Assembly: GCA_017560205.1 (NCBI GenBank)
Contig: JAFYOL010000025.1
Location: forward strand, 1-40,955
Length of the DNA stretch: 40,955 nt
From: Erysipelotrichaceae bacterium
Lineage (GTDB): Bacteria > Bacillota_I > Bacilli_A > Erysipelotrichales > Erysipelotrichaceae
Direction: 5' to 3'
The notes beneath the pieces are model-generated. The model searched no databases and was not told the origin of the DNA. It saw only the letters and a list, made by a program, of their open reading frames with translations. Shown here piece after piece: positions 1 to 7,052 of the stretch. Position 1 is the first letter of the stretch; each line of letters starts with the position of its first letter. A program made the position numbers and the translations under genes.

Positions 1-472
1 CAAAATAGGTGAACTGGATTTTCTTTTTGGATGATATGGCAGTTAACAGGGTATCAATGGTATAAAGAATCTGTTCATTTGAACTCTTTGGATAATCGAT
101 ATCAATGTTCAGAGTTTCTTTTTCATAACAGGTTGAAAATTTTAAAAGTTTTTCTTTTAACTGTTTTGTTTTCTTGGGTGTCAGAAAGCTTGATGCACTG
201 ATGGCATCCAGCATGACTTTTAATTCAACAGCGTCAAAAATACGTTCTGAAAGGACATATCCCATGGAGGGTGTTCTGACAAAGTCTACATCAATTCCAG
301 CTTTAGACAGGCATTTGAAGTCATCATAGATGGCTTTTCTTTCACATGGATAGCCTTGAGCTTCCAATGTAGAAATAATAGTGGGCATGCTTAAAGGATG
401 GTTCAAATCACTTTGTTTTATCAACAGCTGCAACAGTGCAAATATACGATTTTTAGAGTTTTCTTTTTTCAT
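1..472 (-). CDS. HTH/WYL-type transcriptional regulator, N-terminal part (3' end runs off the window)
   Basis: The minus-strand frame is open from the ATG at 470..472 to the window edge, so it has no stop and is absent from the ORF track. My translation MKKENSKNRIFALLQLLIKQSDLNHPLSMPTIISTLEAQGYPCERKAIYDDFKCLSKAGIDV... looks like a winged-helix HTH_11/DeoR-like N-terminus. The last residues ...LLTAISSKKKIQFTYF resemble the start of a WYL domain. Confidence 0.6.
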   Translation of the reverse strand, partial: MKKENSKNRIFALLQLLIKQSDLNHPLSMPTIISTLEAQGYPCERKAIYDDFKCLSKAGIDVDFVRTPSMGYVLSERIFDAVELKVMLDAISASSFLTPKKTKQLKEKLLKFSTCYEKETLNIDIDYPKSSNEQILYTIDTLLTAISSKKKIQFTYF

Positions 473-539
473 GATTCTATTTTATCACTGCACGATTTAA
501 AGGACAATGAAATCTTGAGGATTGAATAAAATAGAATCA
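472..539. repeat. Perfect 14-bp inverted repeat in the divergent regulator/membrane-protein intergenic region
   Basis: TGATTCTATTTTAT (472..485) is the exact reverse complement of ATAAAATAGAATCA (526..539), with a 40-nt spacer. It spans nearly the whole gap between the two divergent start codons. Confidence 0.7.
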
Positions 540-557
540 GTCAGTGAGGTGGATGAA

Positions 558-1034
558 ATGAAAAAAGAAAGAGGATTTGTTGGATTGGGATTGGCATTGA
601 TTATCAATTATATGATGCATCAAATGTATGGGCCTGCGATTTATTTTGGTGTTGTTTTGTGTGGCTTGATGGTGTTCTATGGCAAAATGGATGTTGAAAA
701 GATGATGAAACAGGCTGTTGTACGCTTTGTGCTGATTCTGATGATTTCACTTGCGATGGATTCTACATTGAGTTTTATACAGGGAATCAGTATTCTGGTG
801 CTGTGTGCTGTCTGTGCTTTATGTTCTGTGCGTATTCAGAAAAGTTCTGTTTCATTTCTTGAGGGTATCAGCATGATCAACATGATTCTTTGCGGTTTTG
901 TTTTCTGCGGTGTTGTGCTTCAGATGATCAGTCCATTTGTGCTGATGATGTTTGTGGCATTGTTTCAGCCAAGTGGTCTGCCTCTTGAGGTGGAAGGGAT
1001 TCATTTTCCAAGCTTTAAACCTATGACAAAGTAA
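558..1034 (+). CDS. Hypothetical polytopic membrane protein
   Basis: ORF track 522..1034. The in-frame ATG at 558 is preceded by GAGGTGG (547..552). The product is very hydrophobic with several predicted TM segments, and I recognise no family motif. Confidence 0.6.
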   Translation: MKKERGFVGLGLALIINYMMHQMYGPAIYFGVVLCGLMVFYGKMDVEKMMKQAVVRFVLILMISLAMDSTLSFIQGISILVLCAVCALCSVRIQKSSVSFLEGISMINMILCGFVFCGVVLQMISPFVLMMFVALFQPSGLPLEVEGIHFPSFKPMTK

Positions 1035-1055
1035 AAGGACGGTGTTACCGTCCTT
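1035..1055. terminator. Bidirectional intrinsic terminator hairpin
   Basis: AAGGACGGT-GTT-ACCGTCCTT forms a 9-bp stem. It is flanked by an A-run on the plus strand (a T-run for the minus strand) and overlaps the htpG stop codon. Confidence 0.6.
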
Positions 1056-2937
1056 AGTTCATTTTTGACATCAGATCACAGATCTGGTTGGCATATTCAA
1101 CTGGATTGTCAATGCTTAATCCTTCAATCAGAAGAGCCTGATTGTACAGGATGTTTGTGTAGAGATTCAGTGTGGATTCATTGTCTTTGAGATTCTGCAG
1201 TGTTGCAAAGATTGGATGATTTGGATTGATTTCCAGAATGCGTGATGCCTTGATGCCGCTGGATTCAGGGTTCTGTGCCAGTACTTTTTCCATTTCAAGG
1301 GAAATACCTTCATCTGATACAAGACATACAGGATGTGTCTTTAAACGGCTTGAGATGCGTACATCTGCAACTGCACCACTTAATGCATCTTTCATGGAAG
1401 AAAGCAGATCTTTGTTTTCTTCTTTTTTCTTTTCCATTTCCTGTTTTTCTTCTTCACTATCCAGATTCAGATCACCCTGAGCAATTGATTTGAATTTCTT
1501 GCCTTCAAATTCCTGCAGTGAGAATGTCGCAAATTCATCCACTTCATCAGTAAAGTAAAGCACTTCATAACCTTTGTCTTTCAGACGTTCCATCTGAGGC
1601 AAAAGGTTAATCTGTTCAATCGACTGACCACATGCATAGTAAATCAGATCCTGACCTTCCTTCATGCGTTCAACATATTCATGAAGAGTAACATACTTGT
1701 CTTCAAAAGTTGATTTAAATAGAATCAGATTCTGCAATGTTTCTTTGTGTGCACCAAAATCTTCATAGACACCATATTTCAGCTGCAGACCAAAACTCTT
1801 ATAGAATTCTTCATACTTTTCACGATCATTTTTCAATAGATCTTCAAGAGCACCTTTGATTTTCTTTTCAATGCTTTTGGCCATAGTTTTCATCTGACGG
1901 TCCTGCTGCAGAATTTCACGGGAGATGTTCAGGTTCAAATCATTGGAATCAATCAGACCCTTTACAAAACGGAAATAGTTTGGAAGCAGATCTTTGGCCT
2001 TGTCCATGATGAACACACCCTTGCAGTACAGCTGCAGACCTGGTTCATATTCAGAAGAATAGAAGTTGTAGGGTGCTTTTGATGGTACATACAACAGTGC
2101 ATTGTAGCTGACATTTCCTTCCAGTGAATAATGAATTGTTTTTGCAGGTTCATCAAAACTGAAGAATTTATTGCGATAGAAGTCTTTGTATTCTTCTTCT
2201 GTTACATCTTTTTTGTTTCTTTTCCATAAAGGAATCATGGAATTGACAATCTGATGTTCCACTACAGTTTCATATTCATCAGAATCTTCTTTTTTATGAC
2301 TTGTTTCCACCATCATACCGATTGGATAACGTACATAATCAGAATATTTCTTAATCAGCTGTTTCAATGTGTAGGTTTCCAGATATTCATCATAGTTTTC
2401 AGTATCTGTGTTGTCTTTTAAAGTCAGAATGATTTCAGTACCTGTTGTGAACTTGTCGCTCAATGAAATGGTATAGCCATCTTCACCTGTCGATTCCCAG
2501 CGATAGGCCTGAGTTTCATGCACTGATTTTGAATTTACTGTAATCATTTTCGCAACCATGAACGCAGAATAGAAGCCAACACCAAATTGTCCAATGATAT
2601 CCACTTCCTTCGCTTCCTCCAGTTTCTTCTTGAATTCTAAAGATCCACTGTGAGCGATGGTTCCTAAATTGTGTTCAAGTTCATCCTGAGTCATACCGAT
2701 ACCAGTATCTGTTAAAATCAGTCTTCTGTTTTCTTTATCGATGGTCAGTTCAATTTTAAGTTCTTCTTTGTTGATACGATGAGCATCATCAGTAATTGAA
2801 AGATAATGTCTTTTATCCAACGCATCAGATGCATTAGAAATCAGTTCTCTTAAAAAGATCTCACGATTTGTATAAATTGAATTGATCATCAGATCTAAAA
2901 GTCGCTTAGATTCAGTTTTAAATTGTTTCTTTGCCAT
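1054..2937 (-). CDS. htpG: Molecular chaperone HtpG (Hsp90 family)
   Basis: 627 aa. The N-terminus MAKKQFKTESKRLLDLMINSIYTNREIFLRELISNASDALDKRHY carries the Hsp90/GHKL ATPase signature, and the length is typical. AGGAGG RBS upstream. Confidence 0.95.
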   Translation of the reverse strand: MAKKQFKTESKRLLDLMINSIYTNREIFLRELISNASDALDKRHYLSITDDAHRINKEELKIELTIDKENRRLILTDTGIGMTQDELEHNLGTIAHSGSLEFKKKLEEAKEVDIIGQFGVGFYSAFMVAKMITVNSKSVHETQAYRWESTGEDGYTISLSDKFTTGTEIILTLKDNTDTENYDEYLETYTLKQLIKKYSDYVRYPIGMMVETSHKKEDSDEYETVVEHQIVNSMIPLWKRNKKDVTEEEYKDFYRNKFFSFDEPAKTIHYSLEGNVSYNALLYVPSKAPYNFYSSEYEPGLQLYCKGVFIMDKAKDLLPNYFRFVKGLIDSNDLNLNISREILQQDRQMKTMAKSIEKKIKGALEDLLKNDREKYEEFYKSFGLQLKYGVYEDFGAHKETLQNLILFKSTFEDKYVTLHEYVERMKEGQDLIYYACGQSIEQINLLPQMERLKDKGYEVLYFTDEVDEFATFSLQEFEGKKFKSIAQGDLNLDSEEEKQEMEKKKEENKDLLSSMKDALSGAVADVRISSRLKTHPVCLVSDEGISLEMEKVLAQNPESSGIKASRILEINPNHPIFATLQNLKDNESTLNLYTNILYNQALLIEGLSIDNPVEYANQICDLMSKMN

Positions 2938-2961
2938 AAAAAGTCCTCCTTTAGCACTGTA

Positions 2962-2988
2962 TTAGCACTCTTTAAGTGCGACTGCTAA
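2962..2988 (-). promoter_or_regulatory. CIRCE (HrcA operator) upstream of htpG
   Basis: TTAGCACTC-TTTAAGTGC-GACTGCTAA compared with consensus TTAGCACTC-N9-GAGTGCTAA gives one mismatch. It starts 4 nt downstream of the htpG -10 box. An extra half-site TTAGCACTG lies at 2951..2959, abutting the RBS. Confidence 0.8.
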
Positions 2989-2991
2989 TAT

Positions 2992-3020
2992 ACTATAACG
3001 CTTATTATCATAAAATGCAA
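2992..3020 (-). promoter_or_regulatory. Sigma-A-type promoter of htpG
   Basis: The minus strand reads TTGCAT (3020..3015), a 17-nt spacer, then TATAGT (2997..2992). Confidence 0.7.
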
Positions 3021-3097
3021 CCAAGGTGCAGGAAATTATTCTGATTTACAACAAGATAGATTGAATGTAAAATTAATTCATTAAAGGAGGGACTAAA

Positions 3098-3427
3098 ATG
3101 AAACGTTTTATTTTAAATGCGGTTTCTTTGTGGGTGCTTGATTTTCTGTTTTCTGGTGTAGTGATTTCTGATGCTGGAAGTCTGATTGTGCTGACTTTGA
3201 TTCTGGCTTTGTGCAATAGCTTATTGAAGCCGATTCTGCAGTTTTTCTCTTTTCCTTTTACTTTGATGACACTTGGACTGTTTGGGCTTGTGGTCAATGG
3301 AATGGTTTTGATGATTGCGTTTAATCTGGTGTCAGGAGCTGCCATCAGTGGATTGTTTACTGCGATATTGGCATCAATTGTCTTGAGTTTTGTCAATGGT
3401 GCACTTACAGACTTGTTTAAAGAATAA
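3098..3427 (+). CDS. Small 4-TM membrane protein, phage-holin-family-4 / YvlD (DUF360) type
   Basis: 109 aa. An AAAGGAGGG RBS lies 7 nt upstream. The pattern ...LCNSLLKPILQFFSFPFTLMTLGLFGLVVNGMVLMIAFNLV... matches the conserved core of this family. Confidence 0.75.
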   Translation: MKRFILNAVSLWVLDFLFSGVVISDAGSLIVLTLILALCNSLLKPILQFFSFPFTLMTLGLFGLVVNGMVLMIAFNLVSGAAISGLFTAILASIVLSFVNGALTDLFKE

Positions 3428-3430
3428 GAA

Positions 3431-3461
3431 AAAAGCGGTTGAGTTTTACTCAGCCGCTTTT
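3431..3461. terminator. Bidirectional intrinsic terminator
   Basis: AAAAGCGGTTGAG-TTTTA-CTCAGCCGCTTTT forms a 13-bp stem with one G:U pair, with A and T runs on both sides. It sits between convergent genes. Confidence 0.75.
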
Positions 3462-3949
3462 ACATAGACTCCTAAGATTTCTCCAATGGTTTCAAGATGG
3501 AAATCCTGCAGAGGATAGATAGTCTTTGAATCCACCAGATAATTTTCATCACAAAGATGATGCTGATACAGTTTCTTGACAGTCAGAACCAGGTCAGCTT
3601 CTTCAATCACTGGTGCACCATCCAGTACAGTTGTATGATAGTTGACCTTTGCCAGTTTGTCTTCATCTTTACCTGATGCGGTTCCCAGATACATCAGGTT
3701 CTTTTTGTGTTCTGGACTGAAGAAGGCAACAGAGAAGACATCGCTGTTTTCCATTGTCTTGTAAGTGTGACGTTCAGGACGAACATATACAGTCACAACA
3801 TTCTTGTTCCAGAGGTATCCCATCTGAAGCCAGTTGGCTGTCATGGCATTGACTTTGTCTGTATCATTTGTGACAATCAGTGCCCATTCATAATGAATTT
3901 TCTTGACCCAGTTTTCATTCAGGTCATCAATTTTAATTTTGTTGAACAT
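3446..3949 (-). CDS. Flavin reductase-like (FMN-binding split-barrel) protein
   Basis: 167 aa. The N-terminal pattern ...WALIVTNDTDKVNAMTANWLQMGYLWNKNVVTVYVRPERHTYK... is typical of the Flavin_Reduct/flavoredoxin family. Confidence 0.65.
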   Translation of the reverse strand: MFNKIKIDDLNENWVKKIHYEWALIVTNDTDKVNAMTANWLQMGYLWNKNVVTVYVRPERHTYKTMENSDVFSVAFFSPEHKKNLMYLGTASGKDEDKLAKVNYHTTVLDGAPVIEEADLVLTVKKLYQHHLCDENYLVDSKTIYPLQDFHLETIGEILGVYVKAAE

Positions 3950-3984
3950 AAAGAATCTCCTTTATCATTATTGTAAAAATGAGT

Positions 3985-4833
3985 TCAGTTTTTTTCAAGT
4001 GTTTTGAATTTTCTTTCCATCACAATCAGTTCAGATACAAACTGAAATCCATAGTGCTCAAGTGCAGTGATGAGTTCTGTGCGCTTTGGTGGAACTGAAA
4101 TTGTCAACAAAGGAAGCTGTTCCATCTGAGTTCTTTGGATTGCGAATGGAATGCATTGATGAAGATTGCCGGAAAGATAGGCAATATACCATCCTCGATG
4201 TTTCAGCATACGGCATCCCAGTACAACAGTATTTGTGCCATCTGAATAGATCATATTATTTTTAATGAAATAATCAATCAGCTGTTCATTGGTGTGGAAG
4301 TAAGTGCGATTGATGCCAGTGAACTCATCCCATTTCTGATTCATGTCTTTCAATAATTCTTTAGCGATTTCTAAATCATGAATGCATTTGAAGGAATGAT
4401 TTTGTGTGACTGTGATGCCTTGAAGAGGGAGTTTGTATTCCAGTTGTGCACAAGCCAGTTCAAAGCCATTTTTCTCTGCCAGTGCTCTGGATGCGATGTT
4501 TCTGCGTCCGGTAAACATGGCAACGGATGGTGCTGAAGTTTCTTCTGCCAGCTGCAGATAACGCTTGTAGATGGCATTTCCCGCCCCTTGATGTTGATAG
4601 TCCTGATGCACTCTTAAGATTTCCAGCCAGCCAGATCCATCAGGTAAAATACTGTATTGTCCCATTCCAACAGGGAAATCATTTTTCAGTGCTAAAATCA
4701 TTTCTCCCTGATTCTGTTTCTGATCAAAATAGAACTCTTTGTTTTCTTCAAGATATCCATAACCGGAAATCGCGCTTTCTTCAATTTCCAGCATTCTTTT
4801 TAAATCAGAGATTGTCGCTTTACGGGTTTTCAT
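3985..4833 (-). CDS. GNAT family N-acetyltransferase with an extra C-terminal domain
   Basis: 282 aa. The acetyl-CoA binding motif region reads LRVHQDYQHQGAGNAIYKRY (Q/RxxGxG/A). Confidence 0.7.
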   Translation of the reverse strand: MKTRKATISDLKRMLEIEESAISGYGYLEENKEFYFDQKQNQGEMILALKNDFPVGMGQYSILPDGSGWLEILRVHQDYQHQGAGNAIYKRYLQLAEETSAPSVAMFTGRRNIASRALAEKNGFELACAQLEYKLPLQGITVTQNHSFKCIHDLEIAKELLKDMNQKWDEFTGINRTYFHTNEQLIDYFIKNNMIYSDGTNTVVLGCRMLKHRGWYIAYLSGNLHQCIPFAIQRTQMEQLPLLTISVPPKRTELITALEHYGFQFVSELIVMERKFKTLEKN

Positions 4834-4876
4834 TGCATCACTCCAGACAGCATCATTTTATCATTTTTCTGTATCT

Positions 4877-4903
4877 GAAAAAAGAAAAAGCCTTTTCAGG
4901 CTT
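4877..4903 (-). terminator. Intrinsic terminator downstream of the desulfoferrodoxin gene
   Basis: The minus strand reads AAGCCT-GAAA-AGGCTT followed by TTTTTCTTTTTT. Confidence 0.6.
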
Positions 4904-4909
4904 CTCTGT

Positions 4910-5293
4910 TTATTTGATTTCTGTTTTCCAGAATCCGTGCAGGTTGCAGTATTCGTATGCAGCGACTGCCTCATCGCCATCTTCCAGTGTGAAGAGTGCT
5001 TCTGGTTTATCTGTATGGTTCAAATGTACTCTGTACCATCCTTTTTTTGTCTCAAGCACGATCCAGCTGATCAGATGAGCTTCTGTCATAGGGTGTTCAA
5101 CGCTTCCTACCACAACTTTGACTTTGTTTCCTTCAACTGTTACAACAGGAAGATGTTTTTCATGTGCACCATCTGTTGTGTTAGGAACCATTTCTTTCAT
5201 TGGTTTGCCGCAGCAGAAGACAGGGACTTTAGCGTCTTCAACTTTCTGAATAATGTTGCCGCAAGTTTCGCAGATGTAGAATTTATTTGTCAT
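4910..5293 (-). CDS. dfx: Desulfoferrodoxin (2Fe superoxide reductase)
   Basis: 127 aa. The N-terminal desulforedoxin site reads CETCGN...CCGKPM. The centre II ligands are EKHLPV, HPMTEAHLISWI and YEYCNLHGFW. Confidence 0.9.
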   Translation of the reverse strand: MTNKFYICETCGNIIQKVEDAKVPVFCCGKPMKEMVPNTTDGAHEKHLPVVTVEGNKVKVVVGSVEHPMTEAHLISWIVLETKKGWYRVHLNHTDKPEALFTLEDGDEAVAAYEYCNLHGFWKTEIK

Positions 5294-5521
5294 ATGTTTT
5301 CCTCCTGAGTGATCTCTTTGTTTATGGCTTTATTATATGCAATGAATTGAAATGATGCCACTGATATGCTCAGAACTTGTGTGAATATGGTGGCGCATAT
5401 GTAACAAAGAACGAACCCCTGATTATCTTAAAAGATTGGTTTGTATTTAAAGTGATCTATGAACGAGTATAAAATATGGTCAGAATACATAAGGTGTTTA
5501 CTTTTCTGTATAGTTTGAACC

Positions 5522-5586
5522 ATAATTCCAACTGTACACAAAAAACCTAAATAGTTGGAAATATAATTCCAACTATTTACAAAAAA
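5522..5586 (+). promoter_or_regulatory. Direct and inverted repeat operator cluster upstream of the AAA-ATPase gene
   Basis: There are two 24-nt direct repeats, ATAATTCCAACTGTACACAAAAAA (5522..5545) and ATAATTCCAACTATTTACAAAAAA (5563..5586), with 21/24 identical. There is also a perfect 13-bp palindrome, TAAATAGTTGGAA (5548..5560) / TTCCAACTATTTA (5567..5579), with a 6-nt spacer. Confidence 0.6.
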
Positions 5587-5603
5587 GTCTGATTTGTTAT
5601 AAT
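5576..5603 (+). promoter_or_regulatory. Promoter of the AAA-ATPase gene
   Basis: TTTACA (5576..5581), a 16-nt spacer, then TGtTATAAT (extended -10, TATAAT at 5598..5603). The -35 box is overlapped by the right palindrome arm. Confidence 0.6.
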
Positions 5604-5624
5604 GGTTTTGGAGGCGATAAAGGA

Positions 5625-6821
5625 ATGTTAATCAATAGACCAGATTATTTAAGATTTCTGCATGATTGGAAAAACAAACAAATTATTAAAGTGATTTCTG
5701 GTATTCGTAGATCAGGTAAGTCAACTCTTTTTGAAATGTTTGTTTCTGACTTGAAAGCACAAGGAATTCATGATGAACAGATTATTCAAATTAATTTTGA
5801 AGATGTTGAATATGAAGAATTTCAAGATTACAAAAATTTATACAATTATGTCAAATCTAGATTAGTTCCTGGAAAGATGACTTACATCTTTCTTGATGAA
5901 ATTCAGCATGTAGCAGATTATCAGAAAGCTGTGGATGCGCTATTTATCAAAGAGAATACTGATGTTTACATTACAGGCTCTAATGCTTATTTTATGTCAG
6001 GTGAATTGGCTACTCTGTTATCAGGAAGATATGTGGAATTAAAAATACTGCCCTTATCTTTCAAGGAATATTGTAGTGCTTTTGACGTAAGTAAAACAAA
6101 AGAAGAACTTTATCGTGATTATCTGTATAATAGTTCTTTTCCTTATACAGTAGGATTGCAAGGTAGACGAAATATTCATGCATATTTAGATGGTATTTAT
6201 AATACAGTTGTTTTGAATGATATTGTTACAAGAAAAAAAGTTCAAGATCCATCAATGTTGAAAAGTGTCATTAAATTCATGTTTGATAACATTGGCAATC
6301 TTTGTACAATCAAAAAAATATCTGATTCAATGACAAGTTCAGGAAGAAAGATATCTAATCATACTGTTGAAAATTACATAGAAGGCATTACTGAAAGTCT
6401 ATTGATGTATCGAGTTGGTCGATATGATATTAGAGGAAAAGGATATCTACAGCTTAATGAGAAATACTATTTGGCGGATATTGGTTTGCGATATTATTTG
6501 TTAGGGACGCGAGATGTAGATCAAGGCAGAATTCTTGAAAACATAGTTTATCTAGAACTATGTCGCAGAGGTTATGAAGTATATGTAGGCAAGATCGGTA
6601 CAACCGAAGTTGATTTTGTTGCAATAGGTGAAGATGGCAAAATTGAATATTATCAAGTTTCACTTTCTGTGAGAGATGAAAATACATTAGAACGTGAACT
6701 TCGACCACTTAATGATATTAGTGATCACCACCCAAAATATCTTTTAACTTTGGATAATGATCCACCTAATTTCCATAATGGTATAGAACAAGTATATGTT
6801 TTAGATTGGCTTTTAAAGTAA
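5625..6821 (+). CDS. AAA+ ATPase (AAA_14 type) with C-terminal DUF4143 domain
   Basis: 398 aa. The N-terminus MLINRPDYLRFLHDWKNKQIIKVISGIRRSGKSTL carries the Walker A motif and FLDEIQ is the Walker B motif. The C-terminal TTEVDFVAIGEDGKIEYYQVSLS is a nuclease-like E-x-D ... Q-x-S/K pattern. GC is about 25-32% in sampled 60-nt blocks, against about 40% in flanking genes. Confidence 0.8.
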   Translation: MLINRPDYLRFLHDWKNKQIIKVISGIRRSGKSTLFEMFVSDLKAQGIHDEQIIQINFEDVEYEEFQDYKNLYNYVKSRLVPGKMTYIFLDEIQHVADYQKAVDALFIKENTDVYITGSNAYFMSGELATLLSGRYVELKILPLSFKEYCSAFDVSKTKEELYRDYLYNSSFPYTVGLQGRRNIHAYLDGIYNTVVLNDIVTRKKVQDPSMLKSVIKFMFDNIGNLCTIKKISDSMTSSGRKISNHTVENYIEGITESLLMYRVGRYDIRGKGYLQLNEKYYLADIGLRYYLLGTRDVDQGRILENIVYLELCRRGYEVYVGKIGTTEVDFVAIGEDGKIEYYQVSLSVRDENTLERELRPLNDISDHHPKYLLTLDNDPPNFHNGIEQVYVLDWLLK

Positions 6822-6860
6822 GAATATAAACTTTGATAATGAATGGAATCTATAAAATGA

Positions 6861-6885
6861 AAAATGCCGGAATTTCCGGCATTTT
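6861..6885. terminator. Bidirectional intrinsic terminator
   Basis: AAAATGCCGGA-ATT-TCCGGCATTTT forms an 11-bp stem with T-runs in both orientations. It closes both the ATPase gene (plus strand) and the tRNA-like gene (minus strand). Confidence 0.85.
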
Positions 6886-6915
6886 CTATACAGTACATGT
6901 TGAAATTAAATTTAT

Positions 6916-6986
6916 TGGTGGAGCTGATCGGACTCGAACCGACTACCTTTACACTGCCAGCGCTCTTTTAGGTGAGCTACAACCCC
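6916..6986 (-). ncRNA. tRNA-Ala-like RNA (pseudo-tRNA) lacking a canonical anticodon arm
   Basis: The minus strand reads GGGGTTGTAGCTCACCTAAAAGAGCGCTGGCAGTGTAAAGGTAGTCGGTTCGAGTCCGATCAGCTCCACCA. It has a 7-bp acceptor stem with G3:U70 and A73-CCA, a D stem GCTC/GAGC, and a T arm GTCGG-TTCGAGT-CCGAT. Only 12 nt occupy the place of the 17-nt anticodon arm. It has its own promoter and terminator. Confidence 0.6.
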
Positions 6987-6996
6987 ATGTGCACTT

Positions 6997-7025
6997 ACTA
7001 TACAGCAGTGCAGTCCTGTTTTCAA
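6997..7025 (-). promoter_or_regulatory. Sigma-A-type promoter of the tRNA-like gene
   Basis: The minus strand reads TTGAAA (7025..7020), a 17-nt spacer, then TATAGT (7002..6997). G1 of the tRNA-like RNA lies 10 nt downstream. Confidence 0.7.
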
Positions 7026-7052
7026 GAAAAAAGAAGATGCGGGCATCTTCTT
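7026..7052 (-). terminator. Intrinsic terminator of the HAD hydrolase operon
   Basis: The hairpin AAGAAGATG-CGGG-CATCTTCTT (7031..7052) is followed on the minus strand by TTTTTT. It overlaps the stop codon at 7051..7053. Confidence 0.75.

Noticed and set aside
3073-3396. A 107-aa minus-strand ORF overlapping the holin-family gene.
   Set aside because: The plus-strand frame has a consensus RBS and a recognisable family pattern. The minus-strand frame has neither.
3098-3427. The holin-family gene as a marker of a prophage or lysis cassette.
   Set aside because: No endolysin, terminase, capsid or integrase gene is nearby. The YvlD/DUF360-type proteins are common chromosomal membrane proteins.
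4527-5078. A 183-aa plus-strand ORF spanning the GNAT gene, the intergenic terminator and the dfx gene.
   Set aside because: It crosses a terminator and overlaps two well-supported minus-strand genes. The translation has no recognisable motif.
5380-5425. Candidate att-type direct repeats of the tRNA-like 3' end at the far side of the low-GC insert (TGGTGGCGC at about 5388 and CGAACC at about 5413).
   Set aside because: The matches are only 6-9 nt and not collinear, which is indistinguishable from chance. I therefore do not claim defined island borders or a site-specific integration event.
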